Shown here piece by piece: positions 24,612 to 32,454 of a stretch of 64,000 nt of DNA; within the stretch, counting starts at the first letter, position 1, and every line of letters starts with the position of its first letter. The position numbers were made by a program, and so were the translations under genes. The DNA comes from Kiritimatiellia bacterium (GTDB lineage: Bacteria > Verrucomicrobiota > Kiritimatiellia > RFP12 > UBA1067). Below the pieces are notes generated by a model that had not been told where the DNA came from, did no database searches, and saw nothing but the letters and a program-made list of their open reading frames with translations. The stretch is from NCBI GenBank assembly GCA_017406465.1, contig JAFQYM010000004.1:10570-74569 (forward strand). The letters run 5' to 3'.

Positions 24612-26215
24612 TACTCCTCCCCCAGCGCGAGCCTCAGCGTGGTGTTCCATCCCCACTCTCCGACAAGCGAGCGTTCGGCAATATCGTCAGGTCCAAGCTG
24701 AACGTGCTTCAGCCTGCCCTTTTCATCCGTCCCTTCCGTCTCGCGGCAGATCGTCCGCCCCTGCCCGACGACATCGTAGACGCCCCACGCGTTTGGGTTC
24801 TTCGTCCGCACCCGACACGGCATCTTCGCCATAACGCTTTCCCACTTTACGCCCTTCTCCGCGGCGAGCGCTTTCTTGTCCGCGACCGACGGGCCCTTCA
24901 CGCCGAGCGCCGACGCATCCGCCGCGTTCGCGTCGCCCGCCGTCGAGGCAGTTACGAGTTCATTCGTCGACGGAAGCCTGAAGCGCGTTCCGCGCGGCAG
25001 ATGTGCCGCGAATCGGCGGTTGAGCTCGGCGATGAACTTCGATACGTCGTTCATCGACATGGCAACGGCAGGTTCGTCATCCGCGCCATCACGCTTGTTG
25101 CCCGTGACGCGCAACCACTCGCCGTTCGTAACGTGGCTTGCGCCGATCCAGAATGGCGCGGCAGACGTGCCGCGGCATTCGACCATCTCGATGCTGACGC
25201 CATCGCCAAGGTCGAAGGTGAGGGGGATGGGGTTTAGCCGTGTAGAACGTGTAGATCGTGTAGATGTCGGGGTTGGGGGTTGCCGTGTAGAACATGTAGA
25301 ACGTGTAGAATAGAGCAACCATGTCGACACGATTACGGCGCAGAGGCAACCAATAATTGCGAGGCGAGGAAAAACTGTCCTGCGCGGGCGAGTGGCATTC
25401 ATCTGTGCCTCCCGCAGAAACTCGACAAGCTTCACCGGCCTTTTTGCAGGGTCGGCGGCGAGCATCCAAGGGAGAATTCTGCTCCATGGGCCTTCAATCG
25501 GCTCGAGAAGCCGCAAGGCGTCCGTACCGGGCTCGTACCAGATTCCGGTCAGGAGGCGGAAGAACACGACACCGAGCGAATATACATCGGATGCCGCGCT
25601 CGCCTCTCCGCCCTTCCTGATTTCCGGAGCGAGATATCCGCCAGTTCCCATGACGAGCCGACGCGCCGATTCTTCATCACCTGCGACGACGGTCTTCTCG
25701 ACTCCGATCTCGCGCTTGATGCGTCCGTGTTCGTAGCGCGATATTCCAAAGTCGACAAGCACGGCATCGTTCTTCGCGTTGAGCAAGATGTTCGACGCCT
25801 TGACGTCGCGGTGTACTATTCCTTCGGAATGGATGCAGTCAAGCGCTGATGCGATAGACTCCATCCAGCGCAGACGGTCGGAGTCGGTGAACTCGTCCGG
25901 CGAAATATCCGCGAGCGTGCGCGGCTCGCCGTTCGCGTCAAGCACAAGGTCCATGACGAAATAGGCTGTCCCGTCCGGCATGACGCCGAGATCAAATACA
26001 CGCGCGACGTTCGGATGCTCAATGCGCGCGATGGCGCGGCCTTCGGCAAGGAATCGCTCGCGCAGAAATGCGGCGTCGCCGTTTTCAAGGACGAATGTCT
26101 TCAGCGCATAGCGCGTCCCGAGCGCGAGATGCTCAACCTCATACACCTCGCCCATTCCGCCGACGCCGATGCGCCGGACGATGCGGTAGCTGCCAACTGT
26201 TTCGCCCTGTTTCAT
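24611..26215 (-). CDS. Ser/Thr protein kinase with a TM segment and a C-terminal FGE-sulfatase (SUMF1-like) domain
   Basis: Kinase motifs GVGGMGEVY, ALK, HRDVKASNILL and DFGISR. An STR/PT-rich linker follows. The C-terminus reads FWIGASHVTNGEW...NAWGVYDVVGQG. Confidence 0.9.
   Translation of the reverse strand: MKQGETVGSYRIVRRIGVGGMGEVYEVEHLALGTRYALKTFVLENGDAAFLRERFLAEGRAIARIEHPNVARVFDLGVMPDGTAYFVMDLVLDANGEPRTLADISPDEFTDSDRLRWMESIASALDCIHSEGIVHRDVKASNILLNAKNDAVLVDFGISRYEHGRIKREIGVEKTVVAGDEESARRLVMGTGGYLAPEIRKGGEASAASDVYSLGVVFFRLLTGIWYEPGTDALRLLEPIEGPWSRILPWMLAADPAKRPVKLVEFLREAQMNATRPRRTVFPRLAIIGCLCAVIVSTWLLYSTRSTCSTRQPPTPTSTRSTRSTRLNPIPLTFDLGDGVSIEMVECRGTSAAPFWIGASHVTNGEWLRVTGNKRDGADDEPAVAMSMNDVSKFIAELNRRFAAHLPRGTRFRLPSTNELVTASTAGDANAADASALGVKGPSVADKKALAAEKGVKWESVMAKMPCRVRTKNPNAWGVYDVVGQGRTICRETEGTDEKGRLKHVQLGPDDIAERSLVGEWGWNTTLRLALGEE
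25238..25311. repeat. Nonamer (CGTGTAGAW) repeats within the kinase linker
   Basis: Two clusters of 9-nt units encode STRSTCSTR...STRSTRSTR. Confidence 0.7.
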
Positions 26216-26308
26216 TTCCTTCTATTCGAAAACCGACTGAAGGCACTTAGGCGCGATCTGTTGTGGCGGCACCAAAACCAGTTGAAACGAGTTTTTGAAC
26301 GCGCAGAA

Positions 26309-27193
26309 TCAGTATACCTTGATGTAGGTCTCGGACTTGAGGCGGTCGATCCACTCGCGGTAGCGCTTGTCGGCGATCTCCTTGCGGACGTTCTCTGCAA
26401 CTGCGTCGTACGCCTCCTCGAAGGACATCTTCGCGCCAGCCGTCTCGTCGTCCTTGCGAATGAGGAAGTTCCATCCGTCCAGCTCTATCCACTTCGAAGT
26501 CTCGCCCTTCTTCATCTTCACGATCTCGGCGCATATCTCGGGTCTGAACACGTCTTCGGGCTTCACGTCCTTCCACTGTCCGCCGTCCTTCGCGCGCGCA
26601 TCGGAAGAATACTTCTTCGCGACCTCTCCGAACGGCTCGGCCTTCAGCGCCTCCTCGATCTCGGGCTTCTTCTCGGCGTCGCCTGGACCCACGAGGATCG
26701 CAGAGACCGTGACGCGGCTGTCCCTCACGTAGCGCTCGGGGTGCGCCTCGTACTCCTTGCGCATGTCGGCCGGATTCGCGGTGACGTTCTTGTCGATCGT
26801 CTGCCAGCGCATCGCGGCGACGACCATGTCGTCCTTGAGACGCTGCCGCCATTCGGGGAACGTAACGCGGTCCTTCGCGAGCGTGGCCTTGAACCTGTTC
26901 ATGTCGCCGCCGAAGACGCGCGTGACGATTTCGCGGATGCGGTTCTCGACGACCCAGTCCTGCATCTGGAGCTTCGCCGCAGCAGCGGCCTTGAGCATCA
27001 GTTCTCGCTCGATCATTTCGCCGCGAACCATGGCATACCTGTCGGGACCGACGCCCGCGCGGCGCATCTCGCCGATGACGTCGCTCTTGAGGATAACGGA
27101 CGAGCCGACCCGTGCCGCTATGCCGTCAACCTCTACGGCAAAGGCGGACAGCGCCAAGAATAGCGCCGCCGCCACTGAAAATGCTTTCTTCAC
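26309..27193 (-). CDS. Periplasmic peptidyl-prolyl isomerase (SurA N-terminal-like plus parvulin/PpiC domain)
   Basis: 294 aa with the signal peptide MKKAFSVAAALFLALSAFA and a parvulin-type region ...SAILVGP...GGQWKDV... Confidence 0.75.
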   Translation of the reverse strand: MKKAFSVAAALFLALSAFAVEVDGIAARVGSSVILKSDVIGEMRRAGVGPDRYAMVRGEMIERELMLKAAAAAKLQMQDWVVENRIREIVTRVFGGDMNRFKATLAKDRVTFPEWRQRLKDDMVVAAMRWQTIDKNVTANPADMRKEYEAHPERYVRDSRVTVSAILVGPGDAEKKPEIEEALKAEPFGEVAKKYSSDARAKDGGQWKDVKPEDVFRPEICAEIVKMKKGETSKWIELDGWNFLIRKDDETAGAKMSFEEAYDAVAENVRKEIADKRYREWIDRLKSETYIKVY

Positions 27194-27202
27194 TTTTTCT
27201 CC

Positions 27203-28516
27203 TTAGAGCATCGCCGCAATCGCCGCGCCGACCATCGGGGCGTCGTCGACCTGGGGCGTGATTGCGTAGTGGACGTTGCGACGCTGGACGAGCATCTCGT
27301 CGAGCTCGCGGCGCACAGTCGCGTCAAACGGAATCGCGCGCGTCTTGTAGTAGGTCGAGCCGTCGGCATTGATCGCGACGGGGGCGGAAGGATCAGCGCC
27401 CTCGCCCGACTTGATGACGAACGCCGCAAGCTGTACCGCCGTGAGGACGGCCGCACGCTCGAAGACGGGAAGGCCGAGGCGCTTCGCCTGCTTCGCGTCG
27501 TCGGGATCCGCAAAGATCGTATCGAGCACATTGTCGCGCCCTTCCTTTTTGAATCCAGCGCAGAAATTGTCGAAGTCCATCGTCTCCAAGGAGCCGAGCC
27601 CGCTGAGCGCAGCGATCGCCTCCTTAGAGAAGAACCCGCCGGTCCCGTCGTCATTGCGGGGTCCTAGCTTCGCAGCGGCCTTGTAGATCTCGAGGCCGAC
27701 GCCGCCGAGATATGCACCCGCTATCATCTTCTCGAGAAGGCCAATCCCCGGGTTGCCGGTCTTCGCGTCTGCCGCCTCGTCGAACTTGCTGCGTGGCGCC
27801 TTGTCGAACGCGCCCGACTCAGCGTTGATGATCATAGAGCCCTCGGGATCGAGGCCGGACATCTTGAGGATGTTCTTGTTCTTCTCGACGTATGCCGTGT
27901 TCGTGCCGGTGCCGAGAATGAAGCCGATGTAGGAGGAGTATGTCTTGTTGCCCTCGGTCGCCTTCGCCGCAAGAAGAGTCGCGACCGTGTCGTTCACGAC
28001 TGCAATCCCCTCGCCGCCAGTGCGCTTCAGGAGTTCCTTGCCGACAAACTGGCCGACGATCGCGGGCGCCTTGATGTTCTTCGTCCAGCGGACGAGTTTC
28101 GCGTCGAGGTCTTTCGTCGCCTCCGCCGGGTAGGAGAAGCACCAGCCGAGCTTCTTGCAGCTGGGCTTGCCTTCGAGACGCTTCACTTCGGACGCAAACG
28201 CGTTGTAGAACGTCTCCTCGTCGACTTCGCCCTTCGTGCCGGGCATCGGCTGGTTCTGCTTGTCGGAAATTTTCGGGGGAATCGAGACTATTGCGCCGCG
28301 GAAGTTCGTGCCGCCCGCATCGAGGACTGCGGCGGAAGAACCCTCGGGAATCTTGCCGTTCACACCGACGAACGTCGGAATCATCATAAGAGACGAGGGC
28401 TCGCCCTTCAGCCCCTTCTCCATCTCGGAAATGAACGCGGAGAGAAGCGCGGCGCGGTCAAGATCGGCCGCGGCGACAAATCCATTCTCCTCAAGAAACT
28501 GTTCTGGAGTCTTCAT
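27203..28516 (-). CDS. Hexokinase-family sugar kinase
   Basis: 437 aa. The sequence SSLMMIPTFV...LDAGGTNFRGAIV...GFILGTGTNTAY is typical of the hexokinase fold. Its start overlaps the rsmA 3' end by 26 nt. Confidence 0.85.
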   Translation of the reverse strand: MKTPEQFLEENGFVAAADLDRAALLSAFISEMEKGLKGEPSSLMMIPTFVGVNGKIPEGSSAAVLDAGGTNFRGAIVSIPPKISDKQNQPMPGTKGEVDEETFYNAFASEVKRLEGKPSCKKLGWCFSYPAEATKDLDAKLVRWTKNIKAPAIVGQFVGKELLKRTGGEGIAVVNDTVATLLAAKATEGNKTYSSYIGFILGTGTNTAYVEKNKNILKMSGLDPEGSMIINAESGAFDKAPRSKFDEAADAKTGNPGIGLLEKMIAGAYLGGVGLEIYKAAAKLGPRNDDGTGGFFSKEAIAALSGLGSLETMDFDNFCAGFKKEGRDNVLDTIFADPDDAKQAKRLGLPVFERAAVLTAVQLAAFVIKSGEGADPSAPVAINADGSTYYKTRAIPFDATVRRELDEMLVQRRNVHYAITPQVDDAPMVGAAIAAML

Positions 28517-29315
28517 TTTCTGCTATTCCTTTCGATAGGTTTATCCAGTCTTCGTTTGTGAGCTCTTCAGCCCGTGCTGATGATTGTATCAAATCCTTGA
28601 ATATGCTGCCAAGCTGTTTGCGGCGATGTTCAAACGCTTTTTTAGTCAAACGATGAAAAATATCGCGTTCTCTGTCGGAAAGTGCAATATTTCTCTCGTG
28701 CTTGGTAAGCGTGACAACCGAAGATCCAATTTCGGGGCGCGGCCAGAAACAACTCGCCGCGACTTTCCGCACAATTTTTACATCGTAGTCAAGCTGCGCC
28801 CAAACGCCAGCAAGACCCCGCGTCTTCGACCCTTCCTTTGCTGCAAGTCGTTCGGCTACCTCGGTCTGCACGAGCACTGTCATCGACGGAATCTCCCGCC
28901 GCTGTACAAGTTCAAGCAGGATGCGCGTCCCCGCCTGATAGGGCAGATTCGACACCATCGCGGCGAACCGAGCGCCCGCCGCGTCTTCAATCCAATCGAG
29001 TGCGTCGGTTTCAACTACGCTTAGGTTCGGAGGGTTGCCGAGCGATTCCGCTAGCCGAGCAGCAAGGACGGGATCCTTCTCGACCGCCGTCACGGAGCAG
29101 CCGCGTTTCAGAATTTCCTCGGTTAAAACACCGAGCCCCGGGCCTATCTCGAGGATTGCCGCGCCGCTGTCCTTCGCGACACCGGCAAGCCCGGCGTCTA
29201 CAATGGTCTCAAGCGCGTTGCGGTCAATGAGGAAGTTCTGTCCCAACACCTTGTTCGGGTGGAAGCCGTTCTCAATGCACCACGCCTTAACCTGGCTCGG
29301 ACTCGTAAGATTCAT
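28491..29315 (-). CDS. rsmA: 16S rRNA (adenine1518/1519-N6)-dimethyltransferase
   Basis: Has LGQNFLIDRN, the SAM-binding EIGPGLGVLT and a KsgA-family C-terminus. Confidence 0.9.
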   Translation of the reverse strand: MNLTSPSQVKAWCIENGFHPNKVLGQNFLIDRNALETIVDAGLAGVAKDSGAAILEIGPGLGVLTEEILKRGCSVTAVEKDPVLAARLAESLGNPPNLSVVETDALDWIEDAAGARFAAMVSNLPYQAGTRILLELVQRREIPSMTVLVQTEVAERLAAKEGSKTRGLAGVWAQLDYDVKIVRKVAASCFWPRPEIGSSVVTLTKHERNIALSDRERDIFHRLTKKAFEHRRKQLGSIFKDLIQSSARAEELTNEDWINLSKGIAENEDSRTVS

Positions 29316-29371
29316 CCTAACTCCAACTCCTGACCCCTGACTACTGACCCCTGACCCCTAACTACTGACTC
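29316..29371. repeat. Tandem heptanucleotide repeat, 8 units (consensus CTGACCC/CTRACTA), occupying the entire intergenic gap
   Basis: cctaact ccaactc ctgaccc ctgacta ctgaccc ctgaccc ctaacta ctgactc. It is bounded by the rsmA ATG (29315) and the AsmA-like stop (29372). Confidence 0.95.
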
Positions 29372-31222
29372 CTACAATATCCTGTCCAAAACGCTTATGT
29401 AGTTCCACTTCGGATCTTCTGCCGACCCAGTCACCTTGAACTCCAAGAGAAGCTTAGTGAATGGGAACATCACGGGGTGGACAAGTTTTCCAAGGAAGGA
29501 GTCGTTCTTAAGGAGCTGCAAGCGCACAGTAAAATCAAGCTTGTCCGCCGGAATGTCGTAAGTGCCAGAGGCCTTGATTGAAAACACGCCGCCTTCAATA
29601 AAAATGTTGTTGGAAGCAAAGACACCGTTCGTGATCGTGTAGTCGAGAGACGCCTGCGACTGGTTGACAAGCGACGCGACGCCGGGCACATTCGCCGCGA
29701 GGTAGTCGGTTAGCCCCATGAAAAGCTTCATCTGCGCAATTCGCCCTTCCGTAACACGAACCCTGCCGCGACCGTTGACATGCGAATACAGATTGGTCGA
29801 TATGGGGCCGGTCACTTCCGCTTCGCTGTTGACAACGCCCTGCCTGCCGCCGAAGTCGCTGCCAAGGGCCTCGGCTATCTCTCCGAGCGACCCGTCGCGG
29901 CACGAAAACGACATCGAGAACGACGCCGAGTCCGGATCGGATGCCGGGACATGGAGCTTCGCCTTGCCAGTGTAGCGGCCACCCTCCTTGCCGAGCATAG
30001 ATATGTTGTCGAACGATATCGTGTCGCCGACATAGGCATAGGAAAAAGCCACGTCTTCAACGGGCGACTCGAAGAAAACTCCTCGCTTGAACGCGACGGT
30101 GCCGTGTAGGTTGTTCTCTGACTGCCTCGCGGGGTCAGGCATGAGAGTTCCCGCAACAGTGATCTCAGGCGGCGTCTCGCAGGAGACGCAGTCGAGCGTC
30201 CCGTCGTTTAGACAGTCGGCTATCGAGAGGATATCCTTGAGCTCAAGTCCTGACTTCACATCGAAGTCGAGGGCTACACATTCGTTCGTAACGGCAACGA
30301 CAAGCCGGCCGTCAAGTGGACGGCCCTTGGGATCTAATGCGGAAAGAGGACCTATCGTAGTCACGCAATTGAGGTTAGTCCCACGTGTACAGGCAGAGAA
30401 TGCGAGCTCGCCGTCGACTCGGCGCATCGGGACGCCGTTATAGCGGCCAAGCTGCGGATGCAGGTCGAGATGCATCAGGAAGTCACAGTTGACGAGATTG
30501 ACATCCCACTTTGCCGAAACGGGAATCGGCTCGGTGATGCCGGTAAACGCGTCCATATAGCGAACCGCCACCGGTACGTCGAGCGCGACAAGAAGCGGAC
30601 GTATGTGAGACTGGCGTGCTTCGCCGCGAGCCTCGGCGTGAAAACGCTGCGTCTCAATGTCGAGACGGGCGACGCCTCCGATGGACATGGCGCGGTCCAT
30701 GTCTGGCCAGACGACGCGGACATCCCCAAACTCGATGCGCCGGGGATTGGACTTCACAATGGCATAGACATGTTCAGGAGCTATGCCGAAGATGTCGGGA
30801 CGGACGAGCGAGATGGAAAACGACGGCAGATCGGGAAACTCCAGATCCATGCGCTCGTTGCGTTCGCTGTTGCCCGGGAGGTAATAGCCGTCATGCAGAC
30901 GCGGGATCCTGAGCGCGACTATGCGAACACGACGGAGGAAGAAGTCGACCGACACGCTGTCGGCGCTAAGAACGGCCTCCACGGGGTTGGAGCGTTCGCG
31001 GTCGTAGAGCCGAACGCCGCGCAATCTTGCGCCGCGGCGGAAACCAAACGAAGCGGAATCGCACTTGAACACGATGTTCGACGGGACGTGCGAGCTAACG
31101 GCTGAGGCGATCCAGTCAGCGGATATCCGCTGCTCGCGGAAGAACAAGCTCCCCAGAAATACACAAAAAACGATGAAGATCCACTTCACCGTCTTCACAA
31201 GGAATCTCACCGCTTTCTTCAC
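29372..31222 (-). CDS. AsmA-family membrane-anchored protein
   Basis: I prefer GTG at 31220-31222 (MKKAVRFLVKTVKWIFIVFCVFLG, a TM anchor). The ORF-track extension to 31387 runs through two tRNA genes. The C-terminus ...FIEGGVFSIKASGTYDIPADKLDFTVRLQLL...VTGSAEDPKW is AsmA-like. Confidence 0.7.
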   Translation of the reverse strand: MKKAVRFLVKTVKWIFIVFCVFLGSLFFREQRISADWIASAVSSHVPSNIVFKCDSASFGFRRGARLRGVRLYDRERSNPVEAVLSADSVSVDFFLRRVRIVALRIPRLHDGYYLPGNSERNERMDLEFPDLPSFSISLVRPDIFGIAPEHVYAIVKSNPRRIEFGDVRVVWPDMDRAMSIGGVARLDIETQRFHAEARGEARQSHIRPLLVALDVPVAVRYMDAFTGITEPIPVSAKWDVNLVNCDFLMHLDLHPQLGRYNGVPMRRVDGELAFSACTRGTNLNCVTTIGPLSALDPKGRPLDGRLVVAVTNECVALDFDVKSGLELKDILSIADCLNDGTLDCVSCETPPEITVAGTLMPDPARQSENNLHGTVAFKRGVFFESPVEDVAFSYAYVGDTISFDNISMLGKEGGRYTGKAKLHVPASDPDSASFSMSFSCRDGSLGEIAEALGSDFGGRQGVVNSEAEVTGPISTNLYSHVNGRGRVRVTEGRIAQMKLFMGLTDYLAANVPGVASLVNQSQASLDYTITNGVFASNNIFIEGGVFSIKASGTYDIPADKLDFTVRLQLLKNDSFLGKLVHPVMFPFTKLLLEFKVTGSAEDPKWNYISVLDRIL

Positions 31223-31263
31223 AGTCGCCGCAGGTCCTGGGTAGTGTTTGGCAGTTTTCCGTT

Positions 31264-31338
31264 TGGCAGCCCCTAGGAGAGTCGAACTCCTCTTGCCTGG
31301 ATGAGAACCAGATGTCCTAGCCGATAGACGAAGGGGCC
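31264..31338 (-). tRNA. tRNA-Glu (anticodon CTC)
   Basis: Hand-folded. The acceptor is GGCCCCT/AGGGGCT. The anticodon loop is TTCTCAT. The T-arm is AGGAG-TTCGACT-CTCCT. CCA is encoded. Confidence 0.9.
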
Positions 31339-31345
31339 AGCTTCT

Positions 31346-31430
31346 TGGTGCACCTGGTGGGACTTGAACCCACAAGCCTTGCGGCACTAGAACCTGAATC
31401 TAGCGTGTGTGCCAATTTCACCACAGGTGC
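31346..31430 (-). tRNA. tRNA-Leu (anticodon CAG), class II with a long variable arm
   Basis: The acceptor is GCACCTG/CAGGTGC. The anticodon stem-loop is CTAGA-TTCAGGT-TCTAG. The T-loop is GGTTCAAGTCC. CCA is encoded. Confidence 0.9.
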
Positions 31431-31442
31431 TAACGGGTGGGT

Positions 31443-31451
31443 AGTATACCA
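31443..31451 (-). promoter_or_regulatory. Extended -10 element TGGTATACT, 8 nt upstream of the tRNA-Leu 5' end
   Basis: Consensus 9-mer. It would start the tRNA-Leu/tRNA-Glu transcript almost at the mature 5' end. Confidence 0.55.
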
Positions 31452-31487
31452 AATGTCAGATACGCGCGCAAGGGGGGGTATTGTTTA

Positions 31488-31496
31488 TGATATAAT
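31488..31496 (+). promoter_or_regulatory. Extended -10 element TGATATAAT, 7 nt upstream of the GH16 ATG (leaderless)
   Basis: TGATATAAT-TTTCCCC-ATG with no SD possible. Confidence 0.55.
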
Positions 31497-31503
31497 TTTC
31501 CCC

Positions 31504-32361
31504 ATGAGAAAGATACTCACAATCTGTGCTGCAATCACAGCACTGGCATGCGCTTCGGCATGTTTCGCGGCGAAACCAGCGCCCCAGAAGTCCGGCGGCG
31601 CGACGCCTGTACCTGTCGTCTGGAAGCTCAAGTTCACCGAGAACTTCAAGGGCAACAAGCTGAACGACAAGATCTGGACGCGCATAGGACCGGGGACTTC
31701 AGACTGGAACAGGAACATGTCCGAACGACCAGACCTCATTGCGGTCAAGGACGGGCAGCTCCATGCCTACGGAGTGAAGAACGACGATCTTACCGCGGAC
31801 AAGCGCAGTGTCCTCACCGGAGGTGTCTCGACCCACGGGCATCTCGCCGTCAAGTACGGAAAGGTCGAGATCCGCTGCAAGCTCGAGCCCCAGAAAGGCG
31901 CGTGGCCGGCGATATGGATGATGCCTGAAAAGCCAAAGGCGAGATGGCCAGATTGTGGAGAGATCGACATAATCGAGCGGCTGAATTCCGACAGCTTCGT
32001 CTACCAAACCGTCCACTCTGGCTGGACCGCCGAGCACAAGAACGACCCGCCAAGCGGCGGCAAGGGAGACATAAAGCCAAACGACTGGAACATATACGCT
32101 ATCGAGTGGACGCCTGAGAAAATCACATGGACCGTTAACGGAAAGGCGACCCACTCTTACGCCAAGGTAGGAGACGATCCGAAGCGCTATCCATGGACCG
32201 AGCCCTTCTACTTGATGATAGACATGCAGCTCGGCGGCCAATGGGTCGGCGCAATAGACGAATCGACGCTTCCGACGGCGATGCACGTCGACTGGGTGAA
32301 ATTCTACTCCGGCTCCCGCAACGGAAAGACCTTTACCGAATTCCTGAAGCCGACGAAGTAG
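31504..32361 (+). CDS. Secreted glycoside hydrolase family 16 (beta-glucanase/laminarinase-like)
   Basis: Start MRKILTICAAITALACASACFA at 31504. It has the GH16 catalytic motif E-I-D-I-I-E (GEIDIIE). The ORF-track start at 31345 overlaps the tRNAs. Confidence 0.9.
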   Translation: MRKILTICAAITALACASACFAAKPAPQKSGGATPVPVVWKLKFTENFKGNKLNDKIWTRIGPGTSDWNRNMSERPDLIAVKDGQLHAYGVKNDDLTADKRSVLTGGVSTHGHLAVKYGKVEIRCKLEPQKGAWPAIWMMPEKPKARWPDCGEIDIIERLNSDSFVYQTVHSGWTAEHKNDPPSGGKGDIKPNDWNIYAIEWTPEKITWTVNGKATHSYAKVGDDPKRYPWTEPFYLMIDMQLGGQWVGAIDESTLPTAMHVDWVKFYSGSRNGKTFTEFLKPTK

Positions 32362-32454
32362 CGTTAGAGCGCGAAACGGTCTTGAAACACCCTTCGTGAG
32401 GCGGCGGCCGAATGCCATCCCCGCCAAGTTTCCACGCCTTAATGGCCAGAGAAT

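Noticed and set aside
31223-31387. The N-terminal 55 codons of ORF 29372..31387 (MPQGLWVQVPPGAPRSW...).
   Set aside because: - This extension runs straight through the tRNA-Glu and tRNA-Leu genes.
- The protein more plausibly starts at GTG 31222, just before its TM anchor.
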